A stretch of DNA of 64,000 bases from Fimicolochytrium jonesii. Taxonomy: Eukaryota. The position numbers and the translations under genes were made by a program. The notes below the pieces were generated by a model that saw nothing but the letters and a program-made list of their open reading frames with translations, ran no database searches and had not been told where the DNA came from. Positions within the stretch are counted from its first letter, which is position 1. The number at the start of each line of letters is the position of its first letter. The stretch covers positions 496,001-560,000 of the forward strand of contig NW_026515681.1 of assembly GCF_025526975.1 (NCBI RefSeq), read 5' to 3'. Positions 23,549 through 36,073 of this stretch are shown one piece after another.

Positions 23549-24732
23549 TGCTGCATTGATTTTTTGTGAAAGCACAGCCATGTGAATACATATGTCTATC
23601 AAAGTAAAGTCGAAACTGTCCCGTGCTGCCGATGTGGAGTTGTTGATTGAACCTGAACCACCATTCGCCGTCCGCTCTACCATCTCCTCACCATGCTTCA
23701 ACAGTTCCAAACGGTGTAAAGTTTCAAATGCAAATATCCTAAAACTGAAAGGATCCGCTTATCAAAGAGCGAAAGAGAGCTGGTGTGCCCGCAAACTGGT
23801 TAGTGACCCAACAGCGTTGGCTCGTAAAGAACGTAAAACTATTCGACTTTGAGAACTACGCAGTACAGCTTTCTGTAAATAAATCATCTGGCTGCACAGC
23901 TCATTTGAAATGAAAGCTTAGCATTATCGCCGTGAACGGTTGGTCCGACGAAGTTTGCGAGTCGATGTGAAGAAGTTTGCAACATCAACAGATCACCGCA
24001 TACGGTTACATACAGTATAAAGGGCGTCGTTGCGTGTAAGAAGCGAGCATCGACGACTGTGGGAAGGTTGATCAGCGGATCAAAGATGGTGCAGTTGCGA
24101 TGCAGATTTTCGCTACCGATTTCGACAGCGCGTAACTGTCATTAAAGCTGCCCCAGAAACAATCATGAACAGCCAGTCGCACTTATAGCATGACCGTAAA
24201 ATCAGAACAAACACTGATTGCACCCGTCTCATTAGCTCGAAGTTTGGATTCCACTGCCGCAATGGCCGCTTTGGTTACGCACTTGGTCACGCACTGAAGG
24301 CATGGATGCCGTTTCGGTCGGGCCTGAATTGCTCGGGTTTGGCTGCCGGACGTAGTTTCCACCGTCCGTTCTACCAGTTTGATATGATATGGTAGCTATG
24401 CCTGAGTAGTGAGGTGTGCGACCAGGTCAAGCATTGTTCAGCGTTTTGATGGCCAGCTGCTTTCGATAGAATGCATTCGCGTCCTCTCGTGAGGTCCAGA
24501 CCATTATCTTGATACGCTGATTCCGTGACGGCCGGCTCTCAGGCTTGTCCGAAGCTTTCGATTTAGGGAGCGGCATTCCCTTTTCCCATACCAGCACCCT
24601 TAGAAATAAACTATGCAAGTAGTCAATTCGTTTGAAACCGTTAATACTATTGAACTTCAGTGTGCATACAGCGACGAAAACTTTTCGAGCAAAATGAACC
24701 GAAAGACTCCCTACTATATCTAGTACAGGTCT

Positions 24733-26595
24733 TTACACACAGATAAAACCAGAGGCACCGGGCGGAGGAGGTGGGGAAGGTGGAGGAAGGGCCCCTGCTG
24801 TCTTGGTCTTCGTCTTAGAGTTGCGGGGGCGACCGCGTCGCTTGTGCGGCAGGTCAAAACAGAAGGCCGCCCATCCATGCTCCGAGCATGTCTCACATGG
24901 GCGCTCCACATTGCATTTGAAGTGATGGGTTCGGCAAGGAACGCAAGCGTGAGGAACCTGCGGGAGTCGCCGCCCTTTTTGACTGACGGTTGTCAAGGAC
25001 GATCCAGACGGGCCTGCTTCCGAGGACGGCACGAGTGTGCGTGCGCGTTTAGGTGTTCTGGTAGCTAGCGGAACCGGGTTGGCTGAGATTGGCAAGCGTG
25101 GCTCCTCCATTGCCCCCGAAGCCGGGCGTTTGCGCTTTCTGGCTGCGTCTTCGGGGCTGGTAGACGAAGCGTTGGACGATCCTCGCCCGAAAGTCGGAAA
25201 TGTGTAGTACGTTTGGGCGTCAACATCCAGGCGAGCAGCGGAAATGCTGTGCACCGTACGCGTAGGAATATGTGCTTGGGCGGGAGCTGGGACACTCGCT
25301 CTCATCGGAGGTGGATGCGACGGTCGCGCTTGAAATTGTTGCTGCTGCAATTCGAGCGCATTGGCCCAGTAGATGTGAAAGTATTGAGGGTCACCTCCGG
25401 CCATGACATAATTCTGGAAAGGTGTCGCTGCCAGGATTCCTCCAACTGGTCGTTTTCCGGACGAATCCCTCACCGCTTGTCGACGACCAGAAGGAGGTCG
25501 AGCAGCATGCGCTACCGTCGTGATGGTTGATGTAGAGCGGGGAGCGCGCGATTGAGGGCCACTCGCAGATACGTCTCGGCGAGAGCCGGAAGAGGCCGGC
25601 ATAGTTGGCATTGCATACGTTAAGACAGCTGTGGTGCGAGGCAGGGTGCGGAGCGTCGATGCCTCCCGATGAGGCCCACAAAGGGCCTGCAAGCCTGTCG
25701 TGCCGGTAGATGTAGGTCGGCTGTTGCGTGGCTGGGCATGAAGTAGACGGTGTGTTTGCCTCACCACTAACGAGTCGGTAGATGTAGGCCGAGTGTTACG
25801 TGGCTCGGCATGATGTGAGTGACCCGGCTGCCTCATCACTGACGAGTCGGTAGATGTAGGCTGGGTGCTACGTGGCTGGGCGTGAAGCGGGCGGCCCGTT
25901 TGCCTCCCCACTGACGAGTCAGGGCCGGAACGAATGGTTGTTGGCCGATGGTAAGGCGTACTGCCATGTGCGCGACTTCCGAGCAGGCCTTGAGGAACTT
26001 GTCGGCCTATCGTGTGTACGGGACAGGCTGGCACTTCTGACCTTGGAGGCTGTAACGCAGTAGCACCGACAGCGGACGGACCCTGGTATGGGTCCGCCGC
26101 CGTGGCGTACTGGGGGAGGTGTCTAGCGTTTATGATTGCGTCAGGCGAGGCGGAGAACGGCAACGCCGGTTCCTGACGTGCGACTGAGTTCATGAATCCT
26201 GTGAAACTCGGCTCCATGAAGGGTATGAATTGAGTGGAGTTCGCAGGCGCAGCCGGAGGCACACTGAGAGGTAACGCAAAGGATGCTGCCGCGGAAGTAA
26301 AGGTTGAGAGTGCCGAGCCATGGCTGGTCGCAGCGGCACTTGAAGATGACGAGCCTTGAGTCGATTGCGAGCGGCCTCGTTTGAGGACGATTCCTTTGGC
26401 CTTTACGAATTCGTCAAAATCGAAGATTTCCCCTTGTTCGAGGAAGTCGGCACGAGAGTGAATGTCGTCGTCTTCATGGCAGGTAGTTGAGGTGCTGGTT
26501 GCCAGCGATTCTTCCTGCTCGGCCGCCGGAGCAGCGAGATTGAGGAAGCCGTCCAGCGGGAACGAGTCGTCTTCCAGGATTTCCTGAAAGAGCAT
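24733..26595 (-). CDS. Zn(II)2Cys6 cluster protein, intronless, cluster at the C-terminus
   Basis: 620-aa ORF with HACVPCRTHHFKCNVERPCETCSEHGWAAFC followed by KRRGRP. Confidence 0.8.
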   Translation of the reverse strand: MLFQEILEDDSFPLDGFLNLAAPAAEQEESLATSTSTTCHEDDDIHSRADFLEQGEIFDFDEFVKAKGIVLKRGRSQSTQGSSSSSAAATSHGSALSTFTSAAASFALPLSVPPAAPANSTQFIPFMEPSFTGFMNSVARQEPALPFSASPDAIINARHLPQYATAADPYQGPSAVGATALQPPRSEVPACPVHTIGRQVPQGLLGSRAHGSTPYHRPTTIRSGPDSSVGRQTGRPLHAQPRSTQPTSTDSSVMRQPGHSHHAEPRNTRPTSTDSLVVRQTHRLLHAQPRNSRPTSTGTTGLQALCGPHREASTLRTLPRTTAVLTYAMPTMPASSGSRRDVSASGPQSRAPRSTSTITTVAHAARPPSGRRQAVRDSSGKRPVGGILAATPFQNYVMAGGDPQYFHIYWANALELQQQQFQARPSHPPPMRASVPAPAQAHIPTRTVHSISAARLDVDAQTYYTFPTFGRGSSNASSTSPEDAARKRKRPASGAMEEPRLPISANPVPLATRTPKRARTLVPSSEAGPSGSSLTTVSQKGRRLPQVPHACVPCRTHHFKCNVERPCETCSEHGWAAFCFDLPHKRRGRPRNSKTKTKTAGALPPPSPPPPPGASGFICV

Positions 26596-27468
26596 TCTTG
26601 ACGATTTGGAGATGGTCTGAAGAAGCTGTGTAGAAGTGGAAAAGTTTACTGTCGATGAAAAAATGTATCATGCTATTGCAAGCAGATGAGAAAATGTGTA
26701 GGGAAGAGAACGAGAAACAAGCGAGGCTTTTATTCTGCTCGCAAAAGCCCCGGGGATTCTCTCCTCTCATCGAACGCTTTGGTCATCGCACAACATGGAC
26801 TCCGCCTTCTTATCGTTGGTCATTCGGGAAGTTCCTCATAGAACATGATGTCAGGGATGTGCAGTGTCTTTGACTCCTGTCGACAAAAACAGTGACAGAA
26901 TTGACAGCATTCAAGGTCAATTCCGCTCTGAGGAGCTTACGTCAGAAGTCCGCCCTGGGGTTTATTCTACATGTCCTGGGCCCAGGACCTAAAGTTAAGG
27001 GTATTTTGGCCAGCGACGGGGGCTGAGACGTGACCTACAGAATCTGTGGGTTGAACCTCCGCCATTCGGATTTGTCAGTCCTAAAATGACAGTTTGCGCC
27101 TCCTTCTTCGGCCCCTTTGTTCGGCCTCGTTGTGCACCACGGGTCTAATGGGCAAGCTAAGCCGGCGGCCGAGGTTCGATAGCATCCAATTGTGATACTT
27201 CCATGAGAAGCTGACAATGTGCATGCACCAGAAGGAAGTGTCTTCGGGAATGCGAGTGTGGTTGCATGGAGGGAAAACGAAGGTGCCAAACCAAAGGGTT
27301 CTTACGAAGCCGTCAATCTTCATATGACCTTACCTAGCATCGCTCTTATGAAAATATATACATTACAAAATACAATATGACCTTGACACACAATTTCAGT
27401 AATTACCCACCACTCTACGGACGAATGGTTTGCTTACCGCCAGATGTACGCAGTACGATCTGGATTTC

Positions 27469-28844
27469 CTATTCTCGCGCCTTCCTTGCGCGTTTCGCAG
27501 TCTTACGCCTGGAAGACATTTGTACGGGAGTATCAACACCACGCGAGTTCTCCTCCCTGCCAGAAGAACGGGTCTTGCGTGCAGACGGAGGAGGTGTCAT
27601 GTCCATGATAGGGCGGACATGTTCAGTCAATGACGGGTATCCGCTTTGGCTACCCTCCGGGGAACGCCCGCTTTGGTCCGATCCACCTTGGACAGGTTTG
27701 GCTCGAGCTTTCCGTGGTGCCGTGGGTTGTGAGTTCACCTTGCTCTTGACGGTCTGCCTCTTCCTCTTTGATCGGGTAGACACGGAGGAGGACGGCTTTT
27801 CGGCTTGTTTGACACCTTTATCAGCCAAAGACTTGAGGTTCTTCAGTTCAACTACGAATCCGGTCGTAGAAGCGGTGCTCTTCTGAAGCTTGAGAAGATG
27901 GGTGCGATAGTGCTGCATCATATTGTCTTGGCGGGAAAAGCGAGCCTGGCAATCCGGGAGGAGGCATGGGTAAGGTTTCACTCCTGTGTGAATTCTGTGC
28001 GGTCCGGAGTAAATTAGAAGTAGATCTCCAAATGTCGACAAAGGCATCACGAAGCGTACCTCATATGACGGGCTACATGTCCACTGGAGATCGAGAGAGG
28101 TGCAATGTTTTTAGGAGTGCAAAATACGATTGACGACAGTTGTGCATCAATACCTGGTGGTGAAACCCTTCTTGCATTCTCGACAGATGTGTGGTCGGTG
28201 CGGCGACGACGGACGCGTTTTGCGAGGGGTAGGAGATCGCTCCACTCCTGACACTTCGTCTTCGATACTTTCCGAGGAACTTGAGGTACGCGCAAACGGA
28301 GTCTCTGCTTCTCGCTTGACGGACCCGACTGCCAAGCTGGCAGGCGATACTTGGGACGACCATCCGGAGGAAGAGTCGACGGAAACTCGAAGATTTTCGG
28401 CTCGGAGGCCAGATGCAACAGCCAGAGCGGCCAAATTGTCCAGGTACATGCTGCCTGAAACGTCGGAAAGATAGCGTCAGAAAACTCCCATGCATTTTGC
28501 CGTTCTCGGGCGGAATATATATGAATGGCACAACAGCTCGACATACTAGAGACATCCACTCTCTCGATAGCAGATGGTGATGCGTCCTCCAGTGCCATAG
28601 GCGATGATTCCTTGTCCGAGTAGCAGCAATCACTCGCACACGGCCAGGTAGGGGTGGCCGAACCTGGATAACCGGGCGAGCAGCCGTTGTTGTTCACATG
28701 ACATGGAGGCGAAGGAGACATTTGCCATGAGAACCGACGTTTGCAAACGGATCTCTCTTCGTCATAAGACTGAGAGTCGCAGAGGAGATTGATGGTATAG
28801 CCTTGGGAGCAGCGGCCAGCCAGGAAAGCCATGCTAGATCTCAT
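27469..28844 (-). CDS. Two-finger C2H2 transcription factor, Nrg1-like; start uncertain
   Basis: Spliced HICRECKKGFTT|SGHVARHMR|IHTGVKPYPCLLPDCQARFSRQDNMMQHYRTH resembles the Nrg1 fingers. Confidence 0.82.
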
Positions 28845-31800
28845 AATCCCTGACGATTCAACAGCTGGTGGTACAGGGCTCTGCAGCAGGTAAGCGTGGA
28901 GGATGAAGAAAAACCGTGATCAACAAAGTACTTGGGCGTGCGAGAAACGGCGTTCAAGGTCTAACGCATACCTGCGGCACAGAGACTTGAAAGCTAGTGC
29001 TGGAAGGATTGTAGGATACTGCAGCAGCGGTGGAAGGTTGAGTGCCACGGTCTTGGTGGTGATCGTACTGAACAGAGAATGTTATGCGTGAAGACCGATG
29101 TAAGAACGAAGTTACGAGTCGTGGGGGAAGACGTTAGCCTGCAGCCCTCAGGTTTTCTAGGGATGGGCGTTAAACAGCTGCGGCCATGGCATTGCAGAGC
29201 TGGCAGTCCGCATATACCCAGCCCATGCTGCGTAATTACCTGGATGGATGACTGATCCAAGTTCCGCCGGCGAAGAAATCGCTACAAGCGGGGGATATGT
29301 TCCTTTGGCTGTGGTCCACAGGGTGCTCCGCGAGGATACGAGGTACTTGGTTTTTTCCCACGCGCGAGAGTGTCGTATGCGGCGGAGAGACGGAAAATTG
29401 CGGGGGAGCACGAGCCGAGATTGGTTGACAACGAAGTGAGGCAAGATGGACGACAGCTCTGGAAGACAGAGCAGGAAGACGTGATAAGCAAAGAGGGAGG
29501 GAAGCAGTATCCTGGCAGTTATAAAGGTAATCGAGAGCCCAAAGCGACAATTTTCCCACGCCCTCTTTGCATCGATTTTCACACATACAGGGGCCTCTCG
29601 TCTATTAAGGTCTTCGGATGGGCTCTAAGGGTCACTCGCTGTATATTGATTGCAGAAGGAGGTCTTTTTTTGTGGCAGGGTGCGGCACAAGGGTGCACAA
29701 GGGCACGGCAGGGACGGGCAATTGAGCACAACAGCAAACGGAAAAGTAGCAGGACACACAAGGAAACAATGGACAGCCCCCGAGGGTGCAGCGAGAGGCA
29801 CTAAGCGTTGTGTCGCGCTGGCTGGGTCCCGTTCCTTTGGGAGCGGTTGTAGTCCGCTGCCTGGAAGCGATGAGAAAAGAGGGCTGATAATGATTCAGTG
29901 AGTAAGAGGAAGCTCGCATTATGAATGCGGAGTGTGAGCAACGGAGGTAGGGCGAGCTGTCAGTCGCAATCAAAGCGTTTGGAAAGAAATTTTCGCTTCC
30001 TGCCAGTCGCCCTCTGCGCGGTCCGGCGGCCGGAATGGGAACATCAGCCCAGCTCTGTTGCTGAAAGCAAGGCACCCCCTCCTCCCCTCCACCCGTCTCC
30101 TGGGAAACCACTGTCCCACACACTACACCATCCCTTGCCATTTATGAGTATGTGGTCATACCTCACATGGCAAAACGGATTTACATATGAGCATCTTTTC
30201 CTTAATCCCACGGCCAAAACCTCATCAGTTCCCTTGTCGTTGTTGTGTATCGATCAGCGATTTGCTTGCAAAACCCTGAAACCATGCACAGGTACAAAAA
30301 ATGTACTGCAAACGACCACCACAGCGTCGGAAACAGCGTTGGACCATCATAACATGACGCCCCGGTGATGCTTTTGGACTGACAGACAGTTACACTCACC
30401 GCTGCGTCTCTGCGGTCCTAGCCTCCACGCTTTGTTTGACTGTTGTCGGATCCGAAGGTGAACGTGTCCCTCCTCATTCCTCCCCGCGGCAACCTCCACA
30501 GCAATCTTTTTGAGCGACGGATATCCTAAGTCCTCGAGATTATTTCATCTTCACTGTCAGTTATCTGCCTCCGCATATGTCTTTGGCCCGATGGAGCAGC
30601 TCTGGTGGGCAAGCGTGCGTTTTCCCATCCCGCCAATATTCGTCAGCTCCATCTCGACCCAGAAATCCCGATATGTGCGACAAGTGGGTGTTTTCAGTGA
30701 CGCCAGAGACAGCGAAGGATGATTCTCGCCCTTTCCCCCGCCACTCCATGTCTGTGGCTTCCCTGCAACTTCCCCCGCCTTGCCTGCTGGGCCCCCACTG
30801 ACAGGCGGCAACTAGTGACAGGTCCCTGAGCGGGCTGTCAAAAAATGCCCACGTCACTGGCCGCTGCGCTGTCGAAAAATGGTCGGAATGAGTCATGCTC
30901 ACGTGTTTTATCTCTTTTGAAAGTGCTCTTGTTGTTTCATTTACTCGCTCTGACGCTGTCGACTGCCGCCGATGCTTGGAAGAATTTGGTCCACTGTAAA
31001 TTATTCGCCGCAAACAGATGACCAAGTTCTAATGAAGCTTCTCTGTCAGCCCCACAGGTAAGCTTTCTCAAATGCTTCGTCGATTCTTTTGCAGATGCGT
31101 GATAGCAATGGAAGTTGGTATGAGCCCGAGCTAGCATGGCAGAAGAGACCACAACAGCGTCGTCATAATTAGACTCTTTAATGAGGTCGTGGTGAGGTTG
31201 GCCTTCAGGGAGTCGCAATTGACCAGAGAGGTCGGAGGTGAAACATGCCGGCGCTACTTTCTCACAGCGGGGTAGCTTGTTGGACTGTGTTGATCCTCTG
31301 TCGGTATCGCTTTCCTCGCCGTCGGTCGGGACATTGCTCTCCGGTCAAGCTTCAGTGGTGGGCCGCTGCATTGCGTAACTGTCCATAGTTGAGAATTTGT
31401 CGTCGCTATGCCGAGCGTAGGGAGCGGGCCACTAGTACGAGCTGTCAAATTTCTGGTCTCAAATATACATGCACAGGTTTTTCCCCTCGCCTTCCTCTCT
31501 GTCAACCCCATCACCTACATACGCCAAAACACTTTCTCATCTCATCCAAATTTACTCCAGACTCATGAGAATGGATCCGAGAGCGACAGTCTGCTCTTGG
31601 GAAACGCCGTCGTGTGCGGAGTGAATGTCCCTACTCCCAGGCAGCTGAATATCCGCGTCCAGTGTGAACGTGTCAAACAGCGAATCTGCATCGGAGTGGG
31701 AGGCTGGCCCAGGAATGATGTAGTGGGAGATATGTGGTCCTTTCCGTCTGTCCCGGTGCAAATAGTCATCTCTTCCCCCCGCTAGGTACTGATGCCGAAG

Positions 31801-32297
31801 GAGACGCAAAAGGAGCGCAGACCCCGGACCAGGAAGAAGAAAAGAGACCGCGCAACAATAGGAGCAGGAATTGACAAGGAGGCCAATACTACTGGAAAAA
31901 GCAAACAGAAAAAACGCAGGCGCAGGCGCAAACGCAAGCCCTCGACAAAAAGGGCGGATGGAGGTGGAGACAATGGCGTGGAGGCTGTGCCCGATGTTCG
32001 TCTGGCTTCCTCTTGTTTTGTATATGCACACTTGTATTCATTCTGATCATATGTTACGTTAATCTCCACGTCGTTCAACCTACCGTACTGTACGTTCCGC
32101 CCCGACGCAGCTCCCGCTTACGGGTAAGGACGCGCTGTCGAAAATCGGCTCACCCGGACGCAAGCTTACCTCAAATAAGCGCCGACTCAGGAACTCATCA
32201 AATTCCCAACGAGGGAGACGAAGAGGGAGAATCCCAGGAAATTCTCCCTGCATCGCTGCCTCCGTATTTTAGTTTGTCACCTCACAAAACAAGCTAG

Positions 32298-33343
32298 ATG
32301 GACGTCAAGAAAGGTAATGCATCATGTGCGCTTGAATTGCACGGCGGCCGACTCTGCGCAAGACCAGGCGCCAGGCGCCGAAGAGCATATGAGCTGGATT
32401 GCTGGCCATGACGGTTTCTGTTACTCATCTCGTACCGACATATCACTCCCCGCAGAATTCCATGGACCGCGGTCGGAACGGTTCCAAACCCTTCCGCCGG
32501 TGACTGGCGCTATAGGACCTGGAGAATATGAGGTGGATAAATTCCGTCGGAAGAGAATGTAGATACTTCAAAGTAGCAGGAAAGCATTCCTAACGCAGCT
32601 CCCCTCCTGGACTCGTAGAGCACAGCGTTAACAACAGCCATTCTGGCCAAACCGACGTCGAATGTTGGCGTATACATCCGGCAAGGGGTTCGGTTTCCCG
32701 ATGTCAAACAGCAGGTACCCAGACACTTCCGCCTTTCGGTCGTCACGCTCTTACCCTCGGAATTTGCAGGCACCGCCATTAGGCCACTACGAACACAAAT
32801 CCTTCATAGAGGATCTGAAGAAGACGAAAGGGAGTGTGCGGCCGTTACTTGATAGCGGTGGTGCGAAGAGCGGCCTGGAGGCAACTTTGAGAGGAGTAAG
32901 TCATCCTTTTCATTTGGGGTGTTCAGTCTATGCGTACACCATCATCCAATAGCTAATGCAGAGACATCAGTCGAACGGGTTCATACCGGGTCCTGGTTTG
33001 TATACAGCTGCTTTTTGGATGAGAGGTTACTGGTGAGGAAACGTGACATCAACGTGCACTATGCAGGAACATACGATATCAACTATGCGATAGGACGACA
33101 TGTGGCGAACGACGATCGGTTCTCTTTGCACAAATCCGCGCGGTTACAATGGGTGCGTTGCGAATTTTCCTGGGTCGAGAAGGCTGTTACCTTGACACCT
33201 GTCCCATCTATCTCCAAAAGCGTGATCAAAAGAACCGGGGACAACTCGCTGAACTGCGGAAGCTCCTCGTGTCTGACGATATTTTCACCGATAAGCGAGC
33301 GTGCCGCCGAATGGCATATTTGGCGCTGTACTTCCCCTCCTAG
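32298..33343 (+). CDS. Pitchfork (PIFO/CIMAP3)-like ciliary PGxY-repeat protein, multi-exon
   Basis: GPGEY, PPLGHY and PGPG|TY motifs. The C-terminus FTDKRACRRMAYLALYFPS resembles the PIFO C-terminus as I recall it (TDKDFRKHRNRVAYLSLYY). Exon boundaries are approximate. Confidence 0.6.
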
Positions 33344-33721
33344 GTTTTCTTAAGTTCTTGATGTAGATCGATAGGGCATTGCGATTCGCGGGCCTCGTGT
33401 AGGACTAAGAGTTTTAGGAATAGGTGCAATTTAGGATATTCGTTGGAAGATTAGCAAGTACAATACACATAGAGCTGTGGAACGCGAGTTCTTCGCCTTG
33501 TCAAACGAGCGGCCATCGCTTCCTCGCTTCGAGGCTCGCGAAAGCTCATTCCTCGACTAGGGACTGACTTACGCCGAATAAATGCTTCATTTTCGGGCTC
33601 AGAATGTATGGACACAATATGCAGCACATTGGCAACGCCACGCATCTTTCGAGGCGCAACTGGACGTCAGCAAATACTGTCGTATGTCACAATCCAAAAT
33701 CTATGTACAGCCGTCTCTTCC

Positions 33722-34440
33722 TCACAGACCCAACGTTTCCCGTGTGTTGGCCCGGACAATCTGCTCGAACTGTTTCCTGTCAGATCTCCACATCTTCGAT
33801 GCCTCAATGTTGGCGCCACTCTCGTCATTGGGCTCTGCCAGCATACTGACGACGCTGATAAGGATTTTCTCCACGCTCTGCACAGGACTCCACCTTTCTG
33901 ACGCATGTTCGTACATGTTGGGGTCGTCCCCTGGTGGGTGAAGGATAGAAATGCAGACCGTTCCATCTGCGTACACTACACAGAATGAAAGAAGAAGTAT
34001 GAGCGCTGAGTCAACACCTTCCTGCACCTGGTCGCCTCTTACCATTTGGGTGGAACATCTTGCATGTAAACTTCATGACGGGCGGTGATAGCGGATAGTC
34101 TTTCGGGAACGTGATGATAGCTGGGAATATGCCGCCTTCGTAAGGTGTGTCGTCTGGGCCGCTGCAAGACTCAGGAATCAGACTCGAGAGCGATTGTTAC
34201 AGTCGCAGTTGCTGAAGCGGAGAACGTACGCGATAAGCGCTTCCCACTTGAAAAAGTCATCTTCGGATATTGGCCCGGCAGTGATGCCTTCTGGTGGGTT
34301 TGTTGTCAACTCTGTACGAGTGTTGAAAGGTTAGGCAAGTGTCTCTATCCTTCCCTCTTCTCGGCCGCTTGCGGCCTTCCCATACCTTTATATTCTGTCA
34401 TAAGGCGCTTGAGCGCTGTGGGTGTTCCTCGGCGGTTCAT
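33722..34440 (-). CDS. UBC7: Ubiquitin-conjugating enzyme Ubc7/UBE2G2
   Basis: [71 protein letters not shown]. Confidence 0.95.
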
Positions 34441-34820
34441 GGTGTTGACTTCTAAGAACTGTGCAGATCGCTGATATACGGTCCTCAACGGTTCCTCGCG
34501 CGGACGGTTTGAAGCTGCAAAGGGGGTAGACGGCTATGGTAGTTGGCAGAGTGCCTGGTCTTGTACGGGTTGCCGTGGGAACTTTGTGTAATTTCTACCT
34601 GTGACTCTGGGGGCCGAAGTTAATGGTACTGTAGGCTCTGTAGGTTAATGGGGCGGCTGGGCGTCGGAAAGACCAGCGGAAGGCCGCAACTCTCAGTCTC
34701 CAACACCAACAACGCATTCGTCCTCATAGACAGTCTTAGATCCAATACTAGTACTCCAACTACTCCCAACACTCTCGTCATACGCATAAATCACTCTCCT
34801 CATACGCAGAACAAAGCAGC

Positions 34821-35804
34821 ATGCAGTACGCCAACGGCACAACCGTCCGCTTGCCCGGTCCGGCACGCATCATCCTTGCCGCGTCCGGAAGCGTGGCGAG
34901 CATCAAAATTCCTATCCTCGTGCGGAAGCTCAAGGAACTGCATAAGGTTTGTTGAAAGAGGAAAGGGGGGAATGGAAATCGAGAAAGTCGTGACTGGCAG
35001 TGGGGTTAGTATGTTTGTCCGGCCTTGAAGGGCTCGGATTTGGCTGGTGGAGCACGGCCGGAGCGGTAAGTTTGCGCAAATACACACCGATAGTTTAGTA
35101 GGTTTACTTTGTTTGGGAACCCAGGTGCTGGTCATCATGCACTCTATATCCAATACAGAGCGATATAGAAATAAAGGTCATATCCACAACACATGCCCTT
35201 CACTTCTTCGATCGTACAGTGGTAGAGGCGGAAGGGGTGCCAGTCTACACCGACGCCGAAGAATGGGCAGCCTGGACTAAAATGTCAGACCCAGTCTTAC
35301 ATATCGACGTAAGTGGTGAACACTCATGATACAGTGCTGATTCATCTTTTGAAGCTGACATCTGTTCCCTTATAGCTGCGAGCCTGGGCTGACGTGCTAG
35401 TCATCGCACCGCTGTCCGCCAATACACTCTCCAAACTCACCTCAGGCGCTTCTGATAACCTCCTCACATGCGTCCTCCGTGCGTGGGACACGTCCAAACC
35501 AGTGATTCTTTGCCCAGCGATGAACACGCACATGTGGACGCATCCCTTCACCGCGCGACATTTGGAAGTTTGTACGTCATATCTAGGGTACAGAGTTATC
35601 GATCCTGTAGTGAAGAAGCTGGCATGTGGTGACCTGGGCAATGGGGCGATGGCGGAGGTGGACACTATTATTGGAGTATTAGGGCCGGTAATCGAGGAGG
35701 TTAAAAAGGTGGCTCAGCAAGGTCACATCAGCATCACAGCCGCCGCCAGTCCGCAGGACGTTCTGCAATCTAATTTGGGGCCAACGGGGATGCAGAAAAT
35801 GTGA
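34821..35804 (+). CDS. Phosphopantothenoylcysteine decarboxylase (HFCD/Hal3 flavoprotein)
   Basis: ILAASGSVASIK, PVLHID|LRAWADVLVIAPLSANTL, PAMNTHMW, LACGDLGNGAMA. Confidence 0.92.
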
Positions 35805-36073
35805 GGGATTGGATCGCGAGCTCCATTAGGGTGATCGTTGGTAGATGGCCTGAATAGACGAGCAAGGCAGTTGTAACTGGCAGGAAAGGTGAAAATGTTC
35901 TTGGTTGTGGGAAAGGATGGCGCCCCCATGAAAGAAGGACCTCAAAGGTTACGGATCGCACTGTTCGAAACGCGTCCAAACAAATGCTCCCAAGTCCGTT
36001 CTGTGTGCTCGACGTCGGTTCCACCGTTTCCGTTTTCAGACCCACTCAGCAACTATTCAACTGCATGTGCACG

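Noticed and set aside
31560..32046. Purine-rich, K/R-rich ORF (MPKETQKERRPR...)
   Set aside because: No consistent exon chain or recognisable domain could be built.
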